A stretch of 49,784 nucleotides of DNA. It comes from Candidatus Fraserbacteria bacterium. GTDB lineage: Bacteria; Bipolaricaulota; Bipolaricaulia; RBG-16-55-9. Positions 1 to 8,544 of the stretch are shown here, piece by piece. The notes beneath the pieces are model-generated. The model had not been told where the DNA came from, made no database searches, and worked only from the letters and a program-made list of their open reading frames with translations. Numbering within the stretch: position 1 is the first letter of the stretch; each line of letters opens with the position of its first letter. The stretch is taken from the NCBI GenBank assembly GCA_037443265.1, contig JBBIOR010000007.1:1-49784 (forward strand). The letters run 5' to 3'. The position numbers and the translations under genes are program-made.

Positions 1-88
1 CCGACTCCCCCAGCCACATGATCGAGCCCTCCCCATAGCGCCTCTTGATCTGCTCCAGGACCCCTTGCAACACTTCCGCTCTGCCCAT
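1..88 (-). CDS. recA: Recombinase RecA, N-terminal fragment (runs off the window edge)
   Basis: Hand translation MGRAEVLQGVLEQIKRRYGEGSIMWLGES matches the RecA N-terminus (..QIEKQFGKGSIMxLG). GGGGGA RBS upstream; directly downstream of lexA. Not in the ORF track. Confidence 0.9.
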   Translation of the reverse strand, partial: MGRAEVLQGVLEQIKRRYGEGSIMWLGES

Positions 89-106
89 GATGCATTCCCC
101 CTTGAA

Positions 107-742
107 TTAGTGAATTATCCTCTTCGATGAACGCAGATGGCGGATGACTCCAATCACCACGCCCACAATCCGGGCCTCGTGGGTGACGATCGGCAGATAA
201 TTCTTATTGGCCGGCTCGAGTTTAATATGATCTCCGGACCGGCCGAATCTCTTCACCGTTCCCTCCTCCCCCAGGGTGGCCACGACGATGTCTCCAATAT
301 CGGCCGTCGGCTGCGGGCGGACAATGAGAATATCTCCTTCGAGAATGCCCGCCTCGATCATACTATCACCCTTCACCCGAAGCGCGAATAACCCCTGATC
401 CGTGGGGAAGAGACCTTCGAGTTTTAAGACGTCTTCGATGTTCTCTTCGGCCAAGATGGGTCTTCCGGCGGCCACCCGTCCCACCAGCGGAATGCCCTCC
501 CGCTCCCAAAAGAGCCTCCTCACTCTCTCTTTGACCGGTTCGATCCCGCGGGCCGTCCACTCCCTACGGCGGATGAAGCCTTTGCGCTCCAGCGCCTCCA
601 GATGGCCCTTCACGCTGGCGGGCGAGGCGAAGGAGAAGCGGGCCGCGATCTCCCGCAGCGTCGGAGGCGCGCCCCGCTCCTCTATACAATCCACGATGAA
701 TCTCAAGACTTGACGTTGTTTCTCCGTCAGCTCTCTCTCCAT
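107..742 (-). CDS. lexA: SOS repressor LexA
   Basis: PPTLREIA winged HTH, VAAG autocleavage site, GDSM catalytic Ser and TVKR catalytic Lys. True start is likely the ATG at 742 (MERELTEKQ). Confidence 0.96.
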   Translation of the reverse strand: MERELTEKQRQVLRFIVDCIEERGAPPTLREIAARFSFASPASVKGHLEALERKGFIRRREWTARGIEPVKERVRRLFWEREGIPLVGRVAAGRPILAEENIEDVLKLEGLFPTDQGLFALRVKGDSMIEAGILEGDILIVRPQPTADIGDIVVATLGEEGTVKRFGRSGDHIKLEPANKNYLPIVTHEARIVGVVIGVIRHLRSSKRIIH

Positions 743-755
743 AGTCGCCCCTGAG

Positions 756-784
756 CGAACATAAATATAGCATACAAATGTTCG
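756..784. promoter_or_regulatory. Two tandem degenerate LexA boxes (cGAAC-ataa-ATAT and cATAC-aaat-GTTCg)
   Basis: Both resemble the GAAC-N4-GTTC Firmicutes/Actinobacteria-type SOS box and overlap the lexA -10 and spacer. Confidence 0.7.
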
Positions 785-792
785 CCTGTCAA
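764..792 (-). promoter_or_regulatory. sigma70-type promoter of lexA-recA
   Basis: TTGACA (792-787), N17, TATATT (769-764) on the minus strand. Confidence 0.8.
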
Positions 793-800
793 GGGGGGTC

Positions 801-829
801 TTGACAGCGCGGGCGGGTTGTGCTAATAT
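801..829 (+). promoter_or_regulatory. sigma70-type promoter of the envelope protein gene
   Basis: TTGACA (801-806), N17, TAATAT (824-829) with an extended -10 TG. Confidence 0.8.
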
Positions 830-958
830 ACCCCCTGCGAAAGAAAAACTCGCGCTCACAAAAGGGAGGTGGTTAGCTCAAGGGAGGAGAATCAAACCCA
901 ACGCTCAATCCCTAGGGGGTTTAGCAAGCAAATTTCTCAATAAAAAGGAGGTCGCTAA

Positions 959-2194
959 ATGTCTAGCAAGTTTAAGGTTTTTACCATCGCCTTGATAGCG
1001 TTGTTTGCTATCGGGTTCTACACCGCCACTTCCAAGGCCGAGGTGACTGGCTTCTTCAGCACCCATATCTCCATCCATCCACAGACGACGGCCACGGAGA
1101 TTGAGCTCATCGAGTTCGACATTGAGAACAACCTGACGGTCACGGTGGCCATCAGCGGGCTCAACACCACCCTGCACGCCCACTTCGGCATCGCCGGCGT
1201 AGAGGACGTCCAGCTGACTCTGGCCGCCACCCTGGGCGCGCTGGACATCTCCAGCCAGCTCGTCTTCGGGCGGTTCGCGGCTGCCTGTGCCGTCGCCGTC
1301 GGCCCGAACTGTCTCGTCATTAGCAACGTGACGACACCAGCCTCCGCCACGTTGCGCTTCATCAAGAAGCGGGTGACGGTCAACGCGTCCTTGGGCGGCG
1401 TCACTATCAACAACTTGGCTATCTTCGAGGACACCAACATCGGGTCCACCGCCCCATGGCCGACGGCTACAGCGTTTGCGTTTGGGGACGTCTTCACCCT
1501 GAGCGGCTCAACCCCCAGTGGCATCAGCGTCTCCGCCCAGACCGGCATCTGCGCTCAGCGGGCACCCAACGTCATCAAGAAGCACGCCTTCCCCTTCACG
1601 GTCAACCCGGATTGCGCCACCACTCCGAAGCCGGACATCCTCTTCGACTTTGAGCGGATCACGGTCAGCGGCGTGGTACTCTCTCCAGGCGTGACGGCGA
1701 GTGCGACGATCAGCTGTGTGACGGTGACAGCGTGCAGCCTGACGCAGACGATCAGCTTCGCCGGCCCACTGCCGTTCACGGCCAGCTTCACCTTCACCGA
1801 CCTCTTGAGCCTCAGCTTCGGTGGAGCCACCCTGAACTTCACCGCGGGCGGCTGTACGCTCCGGCTTAGCATCACCACCACGGGCACGGTTGGCGCCACG
1901 CGGATCCTCTGCAGCTTGGTTCTCAACCCCGGGGCCAGCGAGGCCGGGCTTGACATCGATGCCACCATTGTGCCCGGCACGGGTCTGACCTCCGCGACCG
2001 TGGGCCTATCGGTGGAGCGCAGCGGCCTGGAGTTCGGCGCTACGGCCAGCTTCGCTGGTGGTCCTCCGGCCACGTTCAGTGACGTGACGTTCACGTTGGG
2101 GACCACAGCGGGAGTCATCGAAGTCGACACCAGTGCCACCTTCACGACCACCGGTCTGGACTCGGCTGATGTCGACCTGACGGTGAGATTCTAA
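959..2194 (+). CDS. Secreted beta-rich envelope protein, putative outer-membrane beta-barrel or surface-layer protein
   Basis: Sec signal peptide (..ATSKA|EV), Thr/Ser/Gly-rich alternating beta pattern, C-terminal DVDLTVRF, 8 Cys in 4 apparent pairs, AAAAAGGAGG RBS, own terminator. Confidence 0.6.
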   Translation: MSSKFKVFTIALIALFAIGFYTATSKAEVTGFFSTHISIHPQTTATEIELIEFDIENNLTVTVAISGLNTTLHAHFGIAGVEDVQLTLAATLGALDISSQLVFGRFAAACAVAVGPNCLVISNVTTPASATLRFIKKRVTVNASLGGVTINNLAIFEDTNIGSTAPWPTATAFAFGDVFTLSGSTPSGISVSAQTGICAQRAPNVIKKHAFPFTVNPDCATTPKPDILFDFERITVSGVVLSPGVTASATISCVTVTACSLTQTISFAGPLPFTASFTFTDLLSLSFGGATLNFTAGGCTLRLSITTTGTVGATRILCSLVLNPGASEAGLDIDATIVPGTGLTSATVGLSVERSGLEFGATASFAGGPPATFSDVTFTLGTTAGVIEVDTSATFTTTGLDSADVDLTVRF

Positions 2195-2255
2195 GGACGG
2201 ACTATCAGGGCTCTGAGCTTTAAGCTTGGAGCTGTAAGATACGAGGAGAGGAGAG

Positions 2256-2293
2256 GAGAGGATCGGGCCTTCGGCTCGGTCCTCTCTCTTTTT
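2256..2293 (+). terminator. Rho-independent terminator
   Basis: GAGAGGATCGGGC-cTTCGg-CTCGGTCCTCTC stem with a UUCG loop, followed by TCTTTTT; preceded by (GAGGA)4. Confidence 0.85.
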
Positions 2294-2364
2294 GTTAAGC
2301 TGTCAACGGATCTGAGAACGGATGAGCGGATCGAACGTTGACAGATTTCCGCTGACCGCGATCA

Positions 2365-2394
2365 TTGACATCGGCCTTTCAGATTCCATATAAT
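2365..2394 (+). promoter_or_regulatory. Promoter of the nuo operon (probably leaderless transcript)
   Basis: TTGACA-N18-TATAAT ending 6 nt before the GTG at 2401; no SD sequence. Confidence 0.75.
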
Positions 2395-2400
2395 CAACCC

Positions 2401-2757
2401 GTGCCGACGGAATATCTTCCGATTTTGATCTACATGGTTCTGGCCGCGGGGCTGGCGCTGATCGTGCTCTTTATCAATCGCCTGCTGGGAGGGAGCAAGC
2501 CCCTGGCGAACAAACAGATGGCCTATGAGTCGGGCATCCACCCCATCGGCACCGCCCGCGAACGCTTCCACATCCGCTACCATGTCATCGCCATGATCTT
2601 TCTCATCTTCGACCTGGAGATCGCCTTCATCTACCCTTGGGCCGTGGTCTATAAAAGATTGGGCTGGGCCGGCTTTCTGGAGATGATGATCTTTTTGGGG
2701 ATTCTCGTGCTGGGGCTCGTCTACGCCTGGAAGCGAGGTGCCTTGCAATGGGAATAA
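2401..2757 (+). CDS. nuoA: NADH-quinone oxidoreductase subunit A
   Basis: YESG loop, [24 protein letters not shown]; start placed at GTG 2401. Confidence 0.93.
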   Translation: MPTEYLPILIYMVLAAGLALIVLFINRLLGGSKPLANKQMAYESGIHPIGTARERFHIRYHVIAMIFLIFDLEIAFIYPWAVVYKRLGWAGFLEMMIFLGILVLGLVYAWKRGALQWE

Positions 2758-3248
2758 TGGGAAGCCCGGTGGTCACAACCACAGTGGAGCAATTCGAAAG
2801 ACTCATCAATTGGGCTAGGAGAAATTCTGTCTGGCCGTTTCAATTTGGGTTGGCCTGCTGCGCCATCGAGATGATGGCCACGGCCGCGGCCCGCTTCGAT
2901 CTGGCCCGCTTTGGGGCCGAGATGATGCGCGCCTCCCCGCGCCAATCAGATCTTATGATCGTCGCTGGGCGCGTCTCCCAGAAGATGGCCCCCGTTCTAA
3001 GACATTTATATGATCAGATGCTTGAGCCCAAGTGGGTCATCGCCATGGGCGACTGCTCCTCCTGCGGAGGAGTCTACAACAACTATGCTCTGGTCCAAGG
3101 GGTGGACAAGATCGTGCCCGTGGATGTCTATGTGGCCGGCTGTCCCCCCACGCCCGATGGGCTGCTCTATGGCTTCTTGAAGCTCCAAGAGAAGATCGCG
3201 CGTGAACGTCCTTTCTCCCGGCCGAAGAAGGAGCTGAAGCCGGCGTAA
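2748..3248 (+). CDS. nuoB: NADH-quinone oxidoreductase subunit B
   Basis: [16 protein letters not shown] and GCPP N2-cluster motifs. Confidence 0.96.
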   Translation: MGIMGSPVVTTTVEQFERLINWARRNSVWPFQFGLACCAIEMMATAAARFDLARFGAEMMRASPRQSDLMIVAGRVSQKMAPVLRHLYDQMLEPKWVIAMGDCSSCGGVYNNYALVQGVDKIVPVDVYVAGCPPTPDGLLYGFLKLQEKIARERPFSRPKKELKPA

Positions 3249-3252
3249 GCTC

Positions 3253-4311
3253 ATGGAAACCCCGCCGCTCTGGGCCGTCCTCGTCCTCCACGCCCTAAAG
3301 GGCCTAGTGATCCTCGTGGCCTTGCTGACGGCCTTCGCCTACATGACTTGGCTGGAGCGGCGACTCGTCTCGCGCTTTCAAGTGCGAATCGGCCCCAATC
3401 GCGTGGGGCCGTTTGGGCTGTTGCAGCCTGCGGCCGACGGCATAAAACTCTTCTTCAAGGAGGACTTCATGCCGGCGGGCGCGGATCGGGTGCTCTATCT
3501 CCTTGCGCCGGCGATCTCGATGATCACAGCTTTTGTGGCCTTCTCGGTGGTCCCCTTCGGCCCGCCGGATATAAAATTATTCGGCGTGCCCCTCTTCCAG
3601 ATGGCTAATCCTAACGCCGGGATTCTCTTCATTCTGGCCGTAAGCTCCATCGGCGTCTACGGGATCATCCTGGGGGGGTGGGCCTCGAACAGCAAATACC
3701 CGCTCTTGGGGGCCCTGCGCTCCTCGGCCCAGCTGATCAGCTATGAATTGGGAGTGGGGCTGGCCATCGTGAGCGTCATCCTTTGGGCGGGCACGCTCGA
3801 GCTCCCCAAGATCGTCGAGCAACAGACCGGCACTTGGTTCGGATTTTTCCCCCGCTGGAACATTTTTATCTTGCCCGTGGGGCCGGTGGCCTTTCTGCTG
3901 CTCTTGCTGGGAGCCACCGCTGAGATCAACCGGGCACCCTTCGATCTGCCCGAGGCCGAGCACGAACTCACCGCCGGCTACCAGACGGAATACGGCGGGA
4001 TGAGATTTGCCGCTTTCTACGCGGCAGAGTACGTGAACATGATCACGGCCAGCGCCCTCTCCGTCGCGCTCTTTCTGGGGGGCTGGGATGGCCCGTTCGT
4101 GGAGCAAGTGCCTCTTCTGGGCGTGCTCTGGTTCCTCGTAAAAGTCTTTGCGTTCGTCTTCTTCTTCATCTGGGTGCGGGCGACTCTGCCCCGGGTCCGC
4201 TATGATCAGCTGATGGATTTGGGCTGGAAGCTGCTTCTGCCTCTGGCGTTGCTCAATCTGGCCGTCACTTCCGTGATGGTGCTGCTTTGGAGGGAGCTGG
4301 GAGGAGGATGA
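3253..4311 (+). CDS. nuoH: NADH-quinone oxidoreductase subunit H
   Basis: GPNRVGPFGLLQPAADGIKLFFKE, NRAPFDLPEAE, RYDQLM. Confidence 0.96.
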   Translation: METPPLWAVLVLHALKGLVILVALLTAFAYMTWLERRLVSRFQVRIGPNRVGPFGLLQPAADGIKLFFKEDFMPAGADRVLYLLAPAISMITAFVAFSVVPFGPPDIKLFGVPLFQMANPNAGILFILAVSSIGVYGIILGGWASNSKYPLLGALRSSAQLISYELGVGLAIVSVILWAGTLELPKIVEQQTGTWFGFFPRWNIFILPVGPVAFLLLLLGATAEINRAPFDLPEAEHELTAGYQTEYGGMRFAAFYAAEYVNMITASALSVALFLGGWDGPFVEQVPLLGVLWFLVKVFAFVFFFIWVRATLPRVRYDQLMDLGWKLLLPLALLNLAVTSVMVLLWRELGGG

Positions 4312-4814
4312 CCATCGAGCTAGTGATCTTCTGGGTGTTGGCCATCGTAGCCGTGGGGACGAGCCTGGCGATGATCGCTGGGAAGAGGCCTGTCCACTGC
4401 GCCGTGATCTTCTTAGGCACGCTGGGGAGTCTGGCCGGACTCTTTTTGCTGTTGATCGCCCAGTTCGTGGCCATCTTGCAGGTCATAATCTATGCCGGGG
4501 CGATTCTCGTTCTGTTTTTATTCGTGATCATGCTGCTGCATGCCCACTCGGGCGAGGGGCCTGGGGAGAAGATTCGCTTTCAGAGGCCGCTGGCCCTTGC
4601 GCTTTCCTTGGCGCTTTTGGTTGGGATGAGCCTCGTGTTCTGGCAGTCGGGCTTTGGAGAGGCTCCGCCGGCTCCTCCCGAGGGCATGGGCACGGCGGAA
4701 GCCGTGGGGAACGCCCTCTTCGAGCGCTTCATTTTGCCGTTTGAAGTCGCCTCCGTGCTACTTCTGGCCGGAATCCTGGGGGCCGTGGTGCTCAGCAAGA
4801 AGGAGCGGGGATGA
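4308..4814 (+). CDS. nuoJ: NADH-quinone oxidoreductase subunit J
   Basis: [20 protein letters not shown] and [13 protein letters not shown] at 4308 after GGAGG. Confidence 0.94.
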   Translation: MTIELVIFWVLAIVAVGTSLAMIAGKRPVHCAVIFLGTLGSLAGLFLLLIAQFVAILQVIIYAGAILVLFLFVIMLLHAHSGEGPGEKIRFQRPLALALSLALLVGMSLVFWQSGFGEAPPAPPEGMGTAEAVGNALFERFILPFEVASVLLLAGILGAVVLSKKERG

Positions 4815-5116
4815 CGATTCCTATCAGCTATTATCTCGTGCTCAGCGGCGTGCTCTTTGCCATCGGGACGCTGGGCGTGCTGGCGAGAAGAAACGCGCTC
4901 ATCGTCTTTATGTCCATCGAGCTCATGCTGAACGCCGTGAATCTGGCCTTCGTGAGTTTCGCCCGCCTGTGGGCTGACATGGCCGGGCAAGTGATGGTCT
5001 TCTTCGTGCTGGTGGTGGCGGCTGCCGAAGTGGTCGTTGGGCTGGCCATCATCGTCAATATCTTTCGCACCAAAGAGACAGTCGATCTCGACGACATCGA
5101 TCTTTTGAGGGGGTAG
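4811..5116 (+). CDS. nuoK: NADH-quinone oxidoreductase subunit K
   Basis: [12 protein letters not shown] and [12 protein letters not shown]. Confidence 0.96.
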   Translation: MTIPISYYLVLSGVLFAIGTLGVLARRNALIVFMSIELMLNAVNLAFVSFARLWADMAGQVMVFFVLVVAAAEVVVGLAIIVNIFRTKETVDLDDIDLLRG

Positions 5117-5117
5117 C

Positions 5118-7010
5118 GTGGGGGGCGTCTGGCTGGTTTTGCTTCTGCCCTTGCTGGGATCTTTGATCAATGGACTCTTTGGGCGTCGTCTCCCGAAGCC
5201 GTGGATCGGCTGGGTGGCCTGCGGCAGCGTGGGGCTTTCGCTCATTCTTTCAGTGCGCGTCCTCTTTGATCTATTGGCGCTCCCGCCTGAGGGGAGAATC
5301 TTCACGCAGCCGCTCTTTGACTGGATCGTCGTCAACGACCAAGGAGCCCCATTCAGCCTGCTGGTCGACCCGCTCTCTACGCTCATGATCCTAGTGGTCA
5401 CGGGCGTGGGGTTTCTGATTCATGTTTATTCCATCGGCTACATGGGGCAGGACCCCGATTATTCTCGTTATTTTTCTTGGCTGAATCTCTTCATGTTCTC
5501 GATGCTCTTGCTCGTGCTGGCCGATAATTTCTTGCTTCTCTTTGTGGGCTGGGAGCTGGTGGGGCTCTGCTCATATCTGCTCATTGGCTTCTGGTTCTCT
5601 AAGCCCACGGCGGCGGCGGCGGCCCAGAAGGCCTTCATCGTCAATCGCATTGGGGATTTCGGCTTCATGATCGGGCTCTTTTTGCTCTTCGCTACGTTCG
5701 GCACATTCGATTATCTGAAGATTTTTGAGGGCGCTCCAGAGGCTCTGCCCTATGGGGGCGCTTTGGCCACGGCGATTGCGCTCTTGCTCTTTGCGGGGGC
5801 CGTCGGAAAGTCCGCGCAGATCCCACTGTATATCTGGCTCCCCGACGCCATGGAAGGCCCTACGCCTGTTTCGGCCTTGATTCACGCGGCTACCATGGTG
5901 ACGGCCGGGGTCTACATGGTGGCTCGCGCTCATGTGCTCTATGAGCTGGCTCCCGTCTCGATGGCCCTGGTGGCCTCTATTGGGGCCGTCACCGCCTTGA
6001 TGGCTGCCTCCATCGCGCTGGTGAACAACGATATCAAGCGCGTGTTGGCGTATTCCACCATCTCGCAGCTGGGCTATATGTTTTTAGCCGCCGGCGTGGG
6101 AGCCTTTGCCGCGGGGATGTTTCATCTGACCAGCCAAGCTTTCACCAAGGCTCTGCTCTTCTTAGCGGCTGGAAGCGTGATGCACGCCTTAGGCGGTGAA
6201 GAGACAGATATGCGCAAGATGGGTGGGCTAAGCCGAAAGCTCCCCTGGACCTGGGGGATCTTCCTGATCGGGGCGCTCTCCATGTCCGGGATCTTTCCAT
6301 TTGTGGCTTTCTTCAGCAAAGATCTCATTCTTGAGAGAGTCTTCATCAGTGGAAACACAGCTCTCTGGATAATTGGGCTGTTCACGGTGCTCTTGACTGC
6401 TTTCTATATGCTACGGGCTCATTTCCTCACGTTCCATGGGAGGCCTCGCTATGGTGAGAAGAATCCGCACGAATCTCCCCCCGTGATGCTCTGGCCCATG
6501 CAAGGGTTAGCTGCCCTCACTCTGTTCGGCGGCGTGCTCTTTCTCTCGTTTGCGGGCTTTGCACCTCTGAATGAATTTCTCGCTCCGGTCTTCGCAGGTG
6601 AGATCGTCCTAGAGCAGCCTGCTGTGTTGAGTGAGGGCGCGCTCATGGCCACCTCGCTGCTGGTGGCCCTTTTGGGCATCGGGATCGCCTGGCTGGTGTA
6701 TATGCGCGGCTTGCAGCCCGCAGAGGCGCTACGACGGGCCTTCCGCCCGCTCTACACGCTTCTAGACGGGAAATACTACGTGGACGAGCTCTATTATGCC
6801 CTCTTCGTCTGGCCGGGTAAAAAGATCTCAGAGTTTCTAGCCACGGTCTTTGATTTGGGCTTGCTGGACGGGATCATCAATGGCCTGGCTCGTCTGATCG
6901 ATCGGGCAGGCGGGGCGCTGAGGCGCATAGAGAGCGGCTATATTAGAAACTACGCGGCCTGGGTGCTGCTGGGAGCCTTAGGAGTTCTCATCTATTGGCT
7001 GATGCGCTGA
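5118..7010 (+). CDS. nuoL: NADH-quinone oxidoreductase subunit L
   Basis: GKSAQIPLYIWLPDAMEGPTPVSALIHAATMVTAG and AYSTISQLGYM. Confidence 0.96.
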   Translation: MGGVWLVLLLPLLGSLINGLFGRRLPKPWIGWVACGSVGLSLILSVRVLFDLLALPPEGRIFTQPLFDWIVVNDQGAPFSLLVDPLSTLMILVVTGVGFLIHVYSIGYMGQDPDYSRYFSWLNLFMFSMLLLVLADNFLLLFVGWELVGLCSYLLIGFWFSKPTAAAAAQKAFIVNRIGDFGFMIGLFLLFATFGTFDYLKIFEGAPEALPYGGALATAIALLLFAGAVGKSAQIPLYIWLPDAMEGPTPVSALIHAATMVTAGVYMVARAHVLYELAPVSMALVASIGAVTALMAASIALVNNDIKRVLAYSTISQLGYMFLAAGVGAFAAGMFHLTSQAFTKALLFLAAGSVMHALGGEETDMRKMGGLSRKLPWTWGIFLIGALSMSGIFPFVAFFSKDLILERVFISGNTALWIIGLFTVLLTAFYMLRAHFLTFHGRPRYGEKNPHESPPVMLWPMQGLAALTLFGGVLFLSFAGFAPLNEFLAPVFAGEIVLEQPAVLSEGALMATSLLVALLGIGIAWLVYMRGLQPAEALRRAFRPLYTLLDGKYYVDELYYALFVWPGKKISEFLATVFDLGLLDGIINGLARLIDRAGGALRRIESGYIRNYAAWVLLGALGVLIYWLMR

Positions 7011-7011
7011 T

Positions 7012-8544
7012 ATGCTCACGCTCATCACGTTCCTTCCCGCCTTGGGTGCTGTTCTCATCGGGGCGATCGCCCGCGAGCGCGCAAGACTCCTGCGAGCTGC
7101 CTCTCTGGCGGTGAGCTTAGGCGCGTTCACCCTCGCGCTCTGGCTCTCCTTCACCTTCGATCCCTCTCTGCCTGGGATGCAATTTGAGGAGCGGCGCCCT
7201 TGGATCTCTGAGATCGGCATCGGCTATCACGTGGGAGTAGACGGCATCTCGCTCTTTTTAGTTCTATTGACGACGTTCCTCGTCCCGCTCTTGCTATTAG
7301 CCCCGTGGGATGCAGTTAAAGAGCGCTACAAGATGTTTTCCATCATGGTACTCCTTTTGGAGACGGCCCTCCTCGGTGTCTTTGTGGCTCTAGATCTTGT
7401 GCTCTTTTATGTGTTTTGGGAGGCGATGCTCATCCCCATGTATTTTCTCATCGGGATCTGGGGCGGTCCGCAGAGAAGCTATGCGGCCATCAAATTCTTC
7501 TTGTATACCATGGCCACGAGTGTCTTAATGCTGGTCGCCATCATTGCGCTCTATTTTACCAGCAACTTGAGCACGTTCGATTGGACGGTGCTTCAATCCA
7601 TACAGCTTGATCGGGTGCTGGAGTTCTGGCTCTTTGGGGCGTTTGTGGCGGCCTTTGCCGTAAAGATTCCGCTCTGGCCGCTGCACAGCTGGCTCCCGGA
7701 CGCCTATAGCGAGGCTCCTACGGCGGGCACCATTCTGTTGGCGGCTCTTATGTCCAAGGCCGGGCTCTACGGCTTGCTGCGCTTTGGGTTGACGCTCTTT
7801 CCCACAGCGGCCGCGGCTATGGCACCTTATCTATTGGCGCTCGCCCTCATCGGGGTGATCTACGGAGCCTTGGTCGCATCCGCCCAGAAAGATCTGAAGC
7901 GCATGATCGCGTATGCGAGTCTTTCTCATCTGGGGCTTGTGGCGATCGGCATCCTCGCCATGAGCCAGCTGGGCACAACGGGCAGCGTGCTCCAGATGGT
8001 CAATCACGGGATTATTATCACCGGGCTCTTCTGGACGGTCGCCATTTTAGCGGGGAGATTCGAAAGGCGCGGCCTGGAGGACTTCGGAGGCGTGATGAAA
8101 GAGATGCCGCGCTTGGCGGCTTTGTTTTTCATCTTCATGCTCGCCGCGGTGGCCTTGCCCGGCACCAACGGCTTCGTCGGAGAATTTCTCATCTTGCTGG
8201 GCACGTTCCTGACAGAATATAAAATCTACGCGATCCTCGGAGCTTCTATCGCAATTCTTACAGCCGTCTACATGCTCTGGATGGCTCAGAAAGTCTTCCA
8301 CGGTCCCACGGCAGCTCATATTGAAAAGGACTCCCGTGATCTAAAGCCGAGAGAGATCATGCTGCTGGCACCTCTGGTTGCAGTCATTCTGTGGATTGGG
8401 ATCTATCCGAAGCCACTTCTCGATCGCATCTCGCCCTCGGTGGAGGCGCTCGTCTCTCAAGCCCACAGCCGCGTGGAGTTCGTTCAAGAGCTGCTCCAGA
8501 TTCAGCCGCGGTCTTCTGAGGAACCGCCGGGAGGAGCCCCATGA
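7012..8544 (+). CDS. nuoM: NADH-quinone oxidoreductase subunit M
   Basis: FWEAMLIPMYFLIG, VKIPLWPLHSWLPDA, LPGTNGFVGEF. Confidence 0.96.
   Translation: MLTLITFLPALGAVLIGAIARERARLLRAASLAVSLGAFTLALWLSFTFDPSLPGMQFEERRPWISEIGIGYHVGVDGISLFLVLLTTFLVPLLLLAPWDAVKERYKMFSIMVLLLETALLGVFVALDLVLFYVFWEAMLIPMYFLIGIWGGPQRSYAAIKFFLYTMATSVLMLVAIIALYFTSNLSTFDWTVLQSIQLDRVLEFWLFGAFVAAFAVKIPLWPLHSWLPDAYSEAPTAGTILLAALMSKAGLYGLLRFGLTLFPTAAAAMAPYLLALALIGVIYGALVASAQKDLKRMIAYASLSHLGLVAIGILAMSQLGTTGSVLQMVNHGIIITGLFWTVAILAGRFERRGLEDFGGVMKEMPRLAALFFIFMLAAVALPGTNGFVGEFLILLGTFLTEYKIYAILGASIAILTAVYMLWMAQKVFHGPTAAHIEKDSRDLKPREIMLLAPLVAVILWIGIYPKPLLDRISPSVEALVSQAHSRVEFVQELLQIQPRSSEEPPGGAP

Noticed and set aside
743..859. N-terminal extensions of LexA, and likewise of Tuf, NuoA and peptidase copy 2 in the ORF track
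   Set aside because: They run through promoter or SD sequence; family homology starts at the downstream codons given in the features.
2301..2343. Inverted repeat TGTCAACG..CGTTGACA upstream of the nuo promoter
   Set aside because: Could be an operator or hairpin, but it occurs once with no matching regulator; too weak to call.
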